Positions 48,410 to 56,716 are shown, counted from the first letter of the stretch. The stretch: DNA of 57,633 bases from an uncultured Bifidobacterium sp. (GCA_964514615.1 CAZEUE010000001.1:1-57633), one strand, 5' to 3'. Notes: generated by a model from the letters alone, not told the origin. Made by a program: numbers and translations.

Positions 48410-49499
48410 GAACGGGGAATCTAGACCCCGTCCGGGAGCACCTGTCCTGCGCCTCGCCGCACCGATCGCCGCCATCATCGCCCTGCCCGCCCCCGCGGCG
48501 GCCCAGCCGGCACCGCCGCCCACGGGCCCCCCGGTGCCCGTGGCCGCGGTGCCCAACGGCGACCTGTCCGCCGGCCTCGCGGGCTGGGCAGCCGTGGGGC
48601 CGGGCCTCTCGCTCGTGGCCGGCCCGATCATCCAGGCGTCCGACAACACCACGGTGCTCACCCCGCCGCTGGAGATCCCGCCCACGGCGCAGGCGATCAC
48701 CGTGGTCATGGGCGTCCCCGGCGCCAATTCCGTTGTGCAGGTGAGCGCGCGCCCCGTGGACGGGGGCGTGGGCATCCCGCTCGCCGTCATCACGCCCGAC
48801 AGGGCGGTACGCGCGTGGAGCGTGGGGGTGGGCGCGGCCCGTGGTCGCACCGTGCGGCTTGCCATCGATCCCGTGAGCAGCCTGGGCCGGAGGCTCTACG
48901 TGCGCTCGGTGGGACCGGTTCGCGAGGTGCTCCCGGGGTGGCAGGTATCCACCGGGCTGCCCGAGGTGCGGCGGGCGTGGGGCCGCCGCGCCATCGTGGC
49001 GCAGGATGCGCGGCTGGTCATGCGCACGCCCGACGTGGGCGTTCCCGCGGGCACCCGCTTCCTCGGGCTGGCGGTGCGCGGTACCGGCGTCGTGCGCGCG
49101 GCGGCGGGCGGTCGCGCGGCCCGCGTGTCGGCGTCGCGTGCGCGGTGGACCGCGCTGCGGGTACCGGTCCCCCGGAGGGGCAGCGCACGCATGTCGGTGA
49201 CGGCCATTCCGGCCCCCGGGGAGCGCCTTGCCCTCTCGGGCGTGGCCACCCCGGTACGCGTCGTCCGGCTGCGCGGCGTGAGCGTCTCGGGTGCGGGCGT
49301 GGTGCGCGCGCAGGCCGGCCCGGCGGCGGCGGGCGCCCGGGTCGAGGTGCGCATCGGCTCGCGGGTGGTGGGGCGTGCCACGGTGAGGCCGGGCGGGGCG
49401 GTGGTGGTACGCACGCGGGGCGCGGGCCCCGCGCGCCTGGTGCTGCGCGACGACGCCGCCGTCATCGGCACGTCGGTGCCGGTGGTGCTCCCGGGCTGA
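48408..49499 (+). CDS. Secreted hypothetical protein
   Basis: ATG 48408 gives a positively charged N-terminus, a hydrophobic core and AAAQP (signal-peptide-like). The product is beta-rich and Arg/Val-rich, and I recognise no family. Its start codon overlaps the divergent hyuA start. Confidence 0.45.
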   Translation: MNGESRPRPGAPVLRLAAPIAAIIALPAPAAAQPAPPPTGPPVPVAAVPNGDLSAGLAGWAAVGPGLSLVAGPIIQASDNTTVLTPPLEIPPTAQAITVVMGVPGANSVVQVSARPVDGGVGIPLAVITPDRAVRAWSVGVGAARGRTVRLAIDPVSSLGRRLYVRSVGPVREVLPGWQVSTGLPEVRRAWGRRAIVAQDARLVMRTPDVGVPAGTRFLGLAVRGTGVVRAAAGGRAARVSASRARWTALRVPVPRRGSARMSVTAIPAPGERLALSGVATPVRVVRLRGVSVSGAGVVRAQAGPAAAGARVEVRIGSRVVGRATVRPGGAVVVRTRGAGPARLVLRDDAAVIGTSVPVVLPG

Positions 49500-49505
49500 T
49501 CCCGC

Positions 49506-50387
49506 CTAGGCGTCGACCTGACGCGGGTAGGCGCCGGGCCAGGAGGACACCAGGGTGCGCGCGTGCGACAGGGCCTCGTCGCGGGAGGTGTAGGTGCCCG
49601 AGAACGCCACCCAGTAGCCCGGGCGGAGCGGCGGGTGGTCGCTGCTGAACAGCACGCCCGATGGCTGGCCCTGGGCCTGCAGACGGTTGGCGGCGGCGCG
49701 CGCGCCCGCCTCGGTGCTGTCGCTCGCCACGATGACGGTCCAGCCCGACGTGCCGGCGGGCCAGTCGTCGGAGCCCGTGCCGCCGGAGGTGCCGTCGTCG
49801 GCCGGGAACTCGCTGGTGGTCTGGCCCCCCGGGTCCGCGGCGGTCTCGGTGACCAGCCCCGAGTCGGGCGCCGTCGCGGACGGATCCACGGGCAGTGCTC
49901 CCGTGGTGTCCACCGTGGGCGTGGTGAACGTGGTGTCCATCGGGAGGGTGGGGGTGGTCAGCACGGTGTCGCCGGGGAGGCTGGAGTCGGTGAGCGTGGT
50001 GCCCGTGGTGGCGGTGGGAACCGTGATGAGCGGAGATGTCGCGGGCTGCGTGACGGCGGCCTGCCCTCCGGAGTCGCCATCGGCGGCCACGAACGCCAGG
50101 GCACCGGCGCCGGCGCCGAGCAGCGCGAGCCCGGCGGCCACGACCACCAGCCCGCCGGCGCCGCGCCGAAGCTTGGGAGCCGCCGGGGTAGGTGAACCGC
50201 ATTCCAGGCAGTAGGCCTGGCCGGGGTCCAGTTCGGCCCCGCACACGGTGCATGCGGGCGGCGGGGAAGGTGGTTGCGGTGGCTCCCCCGCGGCCCCGTC
50301 GCCCCCTGACGCGCCCCCGGCGTCCGCGGGGCCCGGCTCGTGCGATGGCCCGGGCGGGGGCGGGCCGGGGTACGGGCTCTCGGGCAT
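49506..50387 (-). CDS. Zinc-ribbon / TM / SPOR domain protein
   Basis: A Pro-rich N-terminus is followed by CTVCGAELDPGQAYCLECG, one TM helix and a Thr/Pro linker. The C-terminus is SPOR-like (WTVIVASDSTEAGARAAANRLQAQG...YWVAFSGTYTSRDEA). Confidence 0.7.
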   Translation of the reverse strand: MPESPYPGPPPPGPSHEPGPADAGGASGGDGAAGEPPQPPSPPPACTVCGAELDPGQAYCLECGSPTPAAPKLRRGAGGLVVVAAGLALLGAGAGALAFVAADGDSGGQAAVTQPATSPLITVPTATTGTTLTDSSLPGDTVLTTPTLPMDTTFTTPTVDTTGALPVDPSATAPDSGLVTETAADPGGQTTSEFPADDGTSGGTGSDDWPAGTSGWTVIVASDSTEAGARAAANRLQAQGQPSGVLFSSDHPPLRPGYWVAFSGTYTSRDEALSHARTLVSSWPGAYPRQVDA

Positions 50388-51028
50388 CAGGCGTCGTCCC
50401 GGCCGGCGGGCGGGATGGCCGCGGTGGGCTGCGGGTCGGGCTCCGCCACCACCGCCTGCTCGATGACCGTCGTCACCTGGTCCGCGCCATCGCCGTCCGT
50501 TCCACCCGCCGCGGCGGGGGCCAGCGGGACGCCGCACGATGCGCAGAAGTTGGCACCGGCCGGCGAACGCGCGCCGCACGCGGGGCAGGTGACGCCCGGC
50601 CGGCGCCCCGACGCGCGGCGGTCGCGGCGCTCCTTGCGGAGCTCATCGAGCCGGGTACCGAGCTCGTCGAGCTGCTGCCGCATGTCCGCCACCTCGGCCG
50701 CCTTGCGGCGCATGACGTCCTCGGCCAGCAGTCCGCGCGAGTAGAGCTCCATTGCCAGGCCGCCGAGGTCGAACAGCGCCTGCTGGTAGGCGTCGTCCAA
50801 TTGGCGGCGGCGGCGGCGCAGCACCCCCGGCCGCACGCGCTCGGCGGGATCGGGCGGTGCCTCCGCCACCTCGGCGCGCACCTCCTCGGCGACCACCTCC
50901 TCGGTGACCACCACGTCGCCGGCGGGCGAGGTCTCCGACGTGGTCCTGCGGCGCAGGAACAGGAAGCGCTTCGGCTGCGCGGGCTGGGCCTCGGTGGAGG
51001 CGCCCGTCTCGGGAGCGGGTTCGGTCAT
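50387..51028 (-). CDS. Zinc-ribbon domain protein with a central coiled coil
   Basis: ATG 51028. A coiled coil (EVADMRQQLDELGTRLDELRKERR) is followed by CPACGARSPAGANFCASCG. Its stop shares one nucleotide with the downstream start (TGATG). Confidence 0.6.
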   Translation of the reverse strand: MTEPAPETGASTEAQPAQPKRFLFLRRRTTSETSPAGDVVVTEEVVAEEVRAEVAEAPPDPAERVRPGVLRRRRRQLDDAYQQALFDLGGLAMELYSRGLLAEDVMRRKAAEVADMRQQLDELGTRLDELRKERRDRRASGRRPGVTCPACGARSPAGANFCASCGVPLAPAAAGGTDGDGADQVTTVIEQAVVAEPDPQPTAAIPPAGRDDA

Positions 51029-51111
51029 CGCGTGCGGCCAATCGTAATCCCGCAGTCCGGACGACGGGCTGGGCCGGTTACAGCCATGCCGCCTGGCGCC
51101 CTGCCCCGCCA

Positions 51112-51141
51112 TTGACGCACCGCGGGGCCGTCGTGTAGCGT
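51112..51141 (+). promoter_or_regulatory. Candidate sigma-70-type promoter for the riboswitch-led operon
   Basis: TTGACG (51112-51117) and TAGCGT (51136-51141) are separated by an 18-nt spacer. This places a start site a few nt before the riboswitch P1 helix. Confidence 0.4.
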
Positions 51142-51151
51142 CCCGCCCGCT

Positions 51152-51258
51152 TGACGCATCAAGAGCGGTGGAGGGACATGGCCCTGTGAAACCGCGGCAA
51201 CCAGCGCGATAGCGCCAGGTGCCAATTCCTGCAGGCATTCGTGCCTGGGAGATGCACG
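51152..51258 (+). promoter_or_regulatory. SAM-I (S-box) riboswitch aptamer
   Basis: P1 is formed by GCATC (51156-51160) and GATGC (51251-51255). The conserved core is ATCAAGAGCGGTGGAGGGACATGGCCCTGTGAAACCGCGGCAACC ... GGTGCCAATTCCTGCAGG ... GGGAGATGC, which matches the S-box consensus blocks (AGAG.GG.GGAGGGA..GGCCC..GAA.CC..GCAACC, GGTGC.AATTCC, AGATG). Confidence 0.85.
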
Positions 51259-51290
51259 GGGCACATGCCTGGACATACCACGGCGCCCTC

Positions 51291-51315
51291 GGACTCCCGG
51301 CAACGAAAGGAGTTC
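51291..51315 (+). promoter_or_regulatory. Candidate SD-sequestering hairpin (riboswitch expression platform)
   Basis: GGACTCC (51291-51297) can pair with GGAGTTC (51309-51315) in 7 bp including one G-U. This would occlude the SD AAGGAG (51307-51312) that precedes ATG 51320. Confidence 0.4.
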
Positions 51316-51319
51316 GAGG

Positions 51320-52591
51320 ATGGGACATCATCATCAAGGCCGGGTCACGGGTGCCCGTGGCCTCCGGTGCAAGGAATGCGGTGAGGAGCTCCCGCTCGGG
51401 GCGTCATACGCCTGCGAGTTCTGCTTCGGCCCGCTCGAGGTGGTCTACGACCGCGACCACCTGCGCGCATCCGTGACGCGCGAATCCATCGCGGCGGGGC
51501 CGCCGTCCATCTGGCGGTACGCCGACCTGCTGCCGTGCGCCCCCGAGGACCCCACCGCGGGTCTTCCCGTGGGGCTGAGCCCCCTGGTGCGGGCGCCGCG
51601 CCTGGCCGAGCGGCTGGGCCTGGGCGAGGTCTGGGTGAAGAATGAGACGGCGAACCCCACGCACTCGTTCAAGGACCGCGTGGTCAGCGTGGCCCTGCAG
51701 AAGGCCCGCGAGCTGGGGTACGAGGTGGCCGCGTGCGCGTCCACGGGCAACCTCGCGCAGTCGGTGGCCGCCCATGCGGCCGCGGCGGGCATGCGCAGCT
51801 ACGTCTTCGTGCCCGCCGACCTGGAGCACCAGAAGATCATCGCCACGGGCATATACGGCTGCACGCTGGTGGCCGTCGATGGCACGTACGACGATGTCAA
51901 CCGGCTGTGCATGGAGTTGGCCGCCGACCGTCCGTGGGCCTTCGTGAACGTCAACGTGCGCCCGTACTACAGCGAGGGCTCGAAGACGCTCGCCTATGAG
52001 ACCGCCGAGCAGCTGGGGTGGACGCTTCCTGATCGCTGCATCGTGCCGATCGCCTCGGGGTCCCTGTACACCAAGATCCACCGCGGCTTCACGGAGCTGA
52101 TCGACCTCGGGCTGGTGCAGGGCGGGGTGCCGGCGATGAACGGCGCGCAGGCCCGGGGCTGCGGACCCGTGGCGGCCGCATACGAGGCCGGCCTGGACTT
52201 CGTCGCCCCGGTGCGCCCGGACACGATCGCCAAGAGCCTGGCCATCGGGAATCCCGCCGACGGCCTGTTCGCGCTGGACGTGGCCCGGGGCACGGGCGGT
52301 GGAATCGACGCCGTGTCCGAGCAGGAGATCACCGAGGGCATCCAGCTGCTGGCCGAGACAACCGGCATCTTCACCGAGACCGCCGGGGGCGTCACCACCG
52401 CGGTGCTGCGCCGCCTTGCCGAGCGCGGCGACATCGGGCCCGACGAGCGGGTGGTCATCTACATCACGGGCGACGGCCTCAAGACCCTCGACGCCGTGGC
52501 CGATCGGGTGGAACCGGTCACCATCTCACCCACGGTGGATGCCTTTGAGTCCGCCGTCGGCACCACGACCCGCCTGGAGGCCAACCGATGA
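51320..52591 (+). CDS. Threonine synthase-like PLP enzyme with an N-terminal zinc ribbon (candidate MetM-type homocysteine synthase)
   Basis: It has CKECGEELPLGASYACEFCFG and the PLP-lysine motif NPTHSFKDRV, and is a fold-type II PLP enzyme of ThrC length (423 aa). The functional assignment comes from the SAM riboswitch and the adjacent sulfur carrier. Confidence 0.75.
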   Translation: MGHHHQGRVTGARGLRCKECGEELPLGASYACEFCFGPLEVVYDRDHLRASVTRESIAAGPPSIWRYADLLPCAPEDPTAGLPVGLSPLVRAPRLAERLGLGEVWVKNETANPTHSFKDRVVSVALQKARELGYEVAACASTGNLAQSVAAHAAAAGMRSYVFVPADLEHQKIIATGIYGCTLVAVDGTYDDVNRLCMELAADRPWAFVNVNVRPYYSEGSKTLAYETAEQLGWTLPDRCIVPIASGSLYTKIHRGFTELIDLGLVQGGVPAMNGAQARGCGPVAAAYEAGLDFVAPVRPDTIAKSLAIGNPADGLFALDVARGTGGGIDAVSEQEITEGIQLLAETTGIFTETAGGVTTAVLRRLAERGDIGPDERVVIYITGDGLKTLDAVADRVEPVTISPTVDAFESAVGTTTRLEANR

Positions 52592-52860
52592 GCGTGACCG
52601 TGCGCATTCCGTCCCCGCTCCGTCCCCTCACCGGCGGCGCCGGCACGGTGGAGTGCAGCCCCGGGACGGTGGGGGCCATCATCGATCAGCTCGAGGCCGG
52701 CCATCCCGGCTTTCGCGATCGCGTCACGCAGGACGGGCAGCTGCGTCGGTTCGTGAACGTCTTCGTCGCGGGCCAGGACGTGCGCTTCGAGCAGGGCATC
52801 GACACCGACGTCGCGGACGGCCAGGAGGTCACCATCCTGCCGGCCGTGGCCGGGGGCTGA
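52588..52860 (+). CDS. ThiS/MoaD family sulfur carrier protein (C-terminal Gly-Gly)
   Basis: The 90-aa product starts at an ATG overlapping the upstream stop (ATGA) and ends ...ILPAVAGG-stop. It has the beta-grasp length and the pattern VRIPSPLRPLTGG...FVNVFV.G. Confidence 0.8.
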   Translation: MSVTVRIPSPLRPLTGGAGTVECSPGTVGAIIDQLEAGHPGFRDRVTQDGQLRRFVNVFVAGQDVRFEQGIDTDVADGQEVTILPAVAGG

Positions 52861-53714
52861 GCACCTCGCGCACCGCGTTCGTCACGGGCGGCACCGGCCT
52901 CGTGGGCGGTGCGCTCGTCGAGGCCCTGGTCGCCCAGGGCGTCGAGGTGACCGCCCTCGCCCGCGGGTCGGCGGGCGCGGAGCGCCTGGCGCAGGCCGGC
53001 GCGCGCGTGGTGCGTGGTGACCTGGGGGAATCCGGGCGGTGGGGCGCGCGCGCGGCGGATGCCGAGGTGGTGTTCCATCTCGCACTGCCCCGCTTGATTC
53101 CCCCGGTGCGCGGCAGGCATGTGCGGCGGGCCGCGCGCGAGGCGCGTGCCGGGGCCGAGGTGGTGCTCGAGCAGGCCGCGGGCCGCCCCATCGTCATGGC
53201 CTCGTGCGCGATCGCCGACCAGCGCGGGCCGCTCGACATCGCGCGTCCGGCACGGGCCGCCGAGCAGGTGCTGGCGCAGGGCGATGCGCGCGCCGTTCGC
53301 CTGCCATGGGCCTATGGGCCCTCGGGGTTCATCTGCGACATCTCGCGCGGCCTTCAACTGCGCCGCTTCCGCATGGTCGGCCCGGCGGGCAACCGCATTG
53401 CCCTGATCAGCGCGCATGACGCGGCGAACGCCCTGGCGCTGGCTGCGGGCGCGCCCGCGGGCACGTACTGCGTGGCGGAGGAGTCGTGTCCCACGCAGGA
53501 GGAGCTGGTGGCCCACATGTGCGCGGCGCGCGGGGCCACACGGCCGGACCACCTGCCGCCGCGCATGGCGGGCCTGGGCATGGGCGCGGTGGTGGTGCAG
53601 GCGATCACGGCCGACCAGCGGATCGATCCGGCGCCGCCGCCGGGATTCACCTGCGCATCACGCTGGGATCGGGACATGATGCCTGCCCTCGGTGGCGAGG
53701 AGAGCCCGCGCTGA
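52857..53714 (+). CDS. NAD-dependent epimerase/dehydratase family (atypical SDR) protein; start codon uncertain
   Basis: The Rossmann motif AFVTGGTGLVGGALVEAL begins 7 codons after the sulfur-carrier stop. The only in-frame candidate start that keeps the motif is CTG 52857, which overlaps the TGA. There is no ATG, GTG or TTG before the motif short of a GTG more than 100 nt inside the carrier gene. Confidence 0.55.
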   Translation: MSTSRTAFVTGGTGLVGGALVEALVAQGVEVTALARGSAGAERLAQAGARVVRGDLGESGRWGARAADAEVVFHLALPRLIPPVRGRHVRRAAREARAGAEVVLEQAAGRPIVMASCAIADQRGPLDIARPARAAEQVLAQGDARAVRLPWAYGPSGFICDISRGLQLRRFRMVGPAGNRIALISAHDAANALALAAGAPAGTYCVAEESCPTQEELVAHMCAARGATRPDHLPPRMAGLGMGAVVVQAITADQRIDPAPPPGFTCASRWDRDMMPALGGEESPR

Positions 53715-53767
53715 TCGCACCCGGGGTCCCGGCGGTGGTCTATCCTCCGCCCGGAAGCCTCGAATCC

Positions 53768-55588
53768 ATGCCCGACCTTTCCCCACAGCCCGCGGGGGGC
53801 GATCCCCCGCCCCTTGACGTCGTCCCGGGCGGCCAGCCGCCCGCGCTTCCGGCCGATGAGGCCGAGCGGCTCGCCGACCTCCGCGCGCTCGGGGCGCTCG
53901 ATTCGGGCCCCGACCCGGATATCGATTCGCTGGTCGACCTGGCGGCGCTCATCGCCGACACGCGTATCGCGCTCCTCAGCCTCGTGGACGAGCACGAGCA
54001 GGTCTTCAAGTCGTCCGTGGGCCTCGACGTCGAACGCCTCCCGCGCGAGACGTCGTTCTGCGGGCACGCGATCCTCGACGGCGCACACCCCATGGTGGTG
54101 CCGGATGCCACCCTCGACACGCGCTTCGCCGACAACCCCCTGGTCACCGATGGGCCGGTGGGCTTCTACGCCGGGGTGCCCATCCTCACGTCACAGGGGC
54201 ACGCCATCGGCACCCTGTGCGTGGTGGACGACTCCCCCCGCGACCTCAGCGACCGCCAGCTGGCGGCGCTGGGCCGGCTTGCCGCGCAGGCGGCGGGGAT
54301 CCTCGAGGCGCGCGGGCGCAGCGCGGCGGAGCGCCGCCGTGCCGCAGCCCACGAGGGCGACATCGACCCGAGGACCGGCCTGCTCCTGCGCGACGCCCTC
54401 GTGCAGTCGCTCTCCGGGGCACCCCTGCCCCCATTGTCGTCGGCCATCGCGTTGCGCATCGACGAGATCGACGCGACGGCGGGTCGCGCGGGCCTGCTCG
54501 CGGACGGGGCCATCGAGGCCGTCGGCGGCGCCATCAGCGCCTGCCTGCCCCCTGCGGCGCGCCTCGGCCGATCGTTCGGCACCTTCGTGGTGATGCTGCC
54601 GGGCGTCGACGGCGCGGCCGCCCGCGCCGTGGTCGCCTCCATCCGCAACCGCATGCGGGGAGCGGTCATCGTGGGTGAGCGGACGTCGCTGCACGTGGGG
54701 GTGACCGCCGGCGTGGCCACGGCCGGGCATGCCACCACGGTGGGGGCGGAGGACCTCATCGCCGCCGCGGAGGACGCCCTGCAGCAGTCGGAGACCTTCG
54801 GCATCACGTGCTTCGTCCTCGACGACGACGCCCGCGAGGCGCGGGCCCGGACGGCGGCCATCCGCTCCGCCCTCGGCGACGCCGTCGCCCAGGGGCAGCT
54901 GGTGGTGCACTACCAGCCCATCGTGGCGCTGCCATCCCGCGAGGTGGTGGGGGCCGAGGCGCTGGTGCGCTGGCGGCACCCCGGTCTCGGCCTGCTCGGA
55001 CCGAACGAGTTCATCCCCTTCGCCGAGGACATGGGGATCGTCCAGGAGATCGACCGGTACGTGCTGCGGCGCGCCCTCAACGACCTCAGCCACGGGCGCA
55101 CCCCCGGACGGGAGGTCAGCGTCAACCTCTCGCCCGTGAGCGTCCGGCCTTCGTTGCCGGAGGTGGTGGCGTCGGACCTGCGCGAGGCGCGCGTGCCCCC
55201 GTCGTCGCTGGTGCTGGAGCTCACCGAGCGCGTGCGGTTCGACCGCGACCCCGATGTGGTGGAGATCCTGCGCGCGGTGGGCGACGTGGGCGTGCAGGTG
55301 GCCATCGACGACTTCGGGGCGGGCACCACGTCACTCGCCCACCTGCGGGCCCTGCCGGTGTCGCGGCTCAAGCTCGACCGGTCTCTCACCGCGGACCTCA
55401 CGGGCCCGGATGCCGATCGCGCCCGCGTGGTGGTGCGGACGCTGGTGGAGCTTGCCGGGCACCTCGGGCTCGAGGTGGTGGCCGAGGGCATCGAGACCGA
55501 GGGCCAGGCACAGGTGGTGTCCGACCAGGGCGTGCCGTTGGCGCAGGGATTCCTGTTCGGCCGCCCGGGCCCGCTGAGCGAGGCCTGA
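53768..55588 (+). CDS. GAF / degenerate GGDEF / EAL domain protein (probable c-di-GMP phosphodiesterase)
   Basis: The GAF-like N-terminus contains FCGHAILDG...FYAGVPI. The GGDEF position reads LGRSFGTF, so it is degenerate. The EAL motifs are intact (EALVRW, DDFGAGTTSL, LKLDRSL, EGIET, QGFLFGRP). Confidence 0.85.
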   Translation: MPDLSPQPAGGDPPPLDVVPGGQPPALPADEAERLADLRALGALDSGPDPDIDSLVDLAALIADTRIALLSLVDEHEQVFKSSVGLDVERLPRETSFCGHAILDGAHPMVVPDATLDTRFADNPLVTDGPVGFYAGVPILTSQGHAIGTLCVVDDSPRDLSDRQLAALGRLAAQAAGILEARGRSAAERRRAAAHEGDIDPRTGLLLRDALVQSLSGAPLPPLSSAIALRIDEIDATAGRAGLLADGAIEAVGGAISACLPPAARLGRSFGTFVVMLPGVDGAAARAVVASIRNRMRGAVIVGERTSLHVGVTAGVATAGHATTVGAEDLIAAAEDALQQSETFGITCFVLDDDAREARARTAAIRSALGDAVAQGQLVVHYQPIVALPSREVVGAEALVRWRHPGLGLLGPNEFIPFAEDMGIVQEIDRYVLRRALNDLSHGRTPGREVSVNLSPVSVRPSLPEVVASDLREARVPPSSLVLELTERVRFDRDPDVVEILRAVGDVGVQVAIDDFGAGTTSLAHLRALPVSRLKLDRSLTADLTGPDADRARVVVRTLVELAGHLGLEVVAEGIETEGQAQVVSDQGVPLAQGFLFGRPGPLSEA

Positions 55589-55590
55589 CC

Positions 55591-55607
55591 GCGCGCCGGC
55601 GGCGCGC
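55591..55607. terminator. Candidate bidirectional hairpin between convergent c-di-GMP genes
   Basis: GCGCGCC-GGC-GGCGCGC forms a perfect 7-bp stem with a 3-nt loop inside the 24-nt gap. There is no U tract. Confidence 0.3.
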
Positions 55608-55612
55608 CCGCG

Positions 55613-56716
55613 CTACCGCGCCGCGGTGATCACCCGGGCCCGCCCGCCCTTCTTCGCGGCGTAGAGCGCGTCGTCCGCGGCGTTGAGCGCCACCTGGGGG
55701 TCGGTGCCCGGCGGGCACCCCGCCACCCCGGCGCTCGCGGTCTGGTGCATGGGCACGAGGGCGATGAGCCGCTCGGCCACGGCGCGGGCGTCGTCGACGT
55801 CGCCCTCCACGATCAGGCCGAACTCCTCGCCGCCGATGCGCGCCAGCACGTCGCGCTCGCGAATGGCGTCCATCCATGCCGCGGCCGTCGCCTCGAGCAG
55901 GCGGTCGCCGGCGTCGTGCCCACGGGAGTCGTTGAAGGCCTTGAACCGGTCGAGGTCGATGATGGCCACGGCCAGTGGACGCCCCGCGCCGGCGCCCGCC
56001 ATCGTGCCGCGCCGGCGCAGAACCGCCATGAACACCCGGCGATTGGGAAGGCCGGTCAGGACGTCGCGCGATGCCGCGTCGGTGGCCAGGCGCAGCGCGG
56101 TGGCCACGAAGATGATGATCGTCAGGACCACGATGGTGAGCACGTACGACTGCGTGCTGTAGTGGTCCTCGCCCAGCAGGAACTGATCGAGCCACGGCGG
56201 CAGGAGTATGAGCCCGGCGGTGAGGGCAAGCGCGAGGAGCAGCTGTCCGGGCGGGCCGTACAGTGCGAGCCACGCCACCGGCAGCAGGTAGAGGATGGTG
56301 TAGCCGCTGCCCTCCGCTCCCTGGGCGTGCACCACGAGCATGACCGTGAGCAGGTAGGCGAGCGGCACCAGGAACTGCGTCCACGGGGGCCAGCGGTCCC
56401 ACGGGAACAGCACCGCCGCCACGATGGTGCCGCCGAACAGCACGGCGCCCACCACGGCGGCATCGGGGTGGGCCGCCTCGGCGTCGGCGGCCCCGGTGGG
56501 CAACAGGGTGAGCACCAGCGACAGCACTGCGATGAGCCCGAACGGCAGCACGCGCACCAGGCGGCCGTCGCTCCGGAGGGGCCCGCCGCTGCGCGAGAGG
56601 GATGCGTCACCCGCGCGGGTAAGTCGCACGGCCGCGCGGTGCGCGCCGCGCACGATCGCGCCCCGCACGCGGGCATGCAGGGGCGGGGCCGCGCCGCGCC
56701 GCGCCGTCGTGGTCAC
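55613..56716 (-). CDS. Membrane-anchored diguanylate cyclase (GGDEF domain with I-site)
   Basis: About 5-6 N-terminal TM helices are followed by DVLTGLPNRRVF and RERDVLARIGGEEFGLIV, i.e. RxxD five residues before GGEEF. I chose GTG 56716 because it overlaps the upstream stop (GTGA); later GTGs are possible. Confidence 0.8.
   Translation of the reverse strand: MTTTARRGAAPPLHARVRGAIVRGAHRAAVRLTRAGDASLSRSGGPLRSDGRLVRVLPFGLIAVLSLVLTLLPTGAADAEAAHPDAAVVGAVLFGGTIVAAVLFPWDRWPPWTQFLVPLAYLLTVMLVVHAQGAEGSGYTILYLLPVAWLALYGPPGQLLLALALTAGLILLPPWLDQFLLGEDHYSTQSYVLTIVVLTIIIFVATALRLATDAASRDVLTGLPNRRVFMAVLRRRGTMAGAGAGRPLAVAIIDLDRFKAFNDSRGHDAGDRLLEATAAAWMDAIRERDVLARIGGEEFGLIVEGDVDDARAVAERLIALVPMHQTASAGVAGCPPGTDPQVALNAADDALYAAKKGGRARVITAAR

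Noticed and set aside
51320-52591. Annotation of this gene as housekeeping threonine synthase thrC
   Set aside because: The sequence family fits, but the SAM-I riboswitch, the coupled GG-ended sulfur carrier and the absence of hom/thrB argue against threonine synthesis being its role. The gene symbol was therefore left blank.
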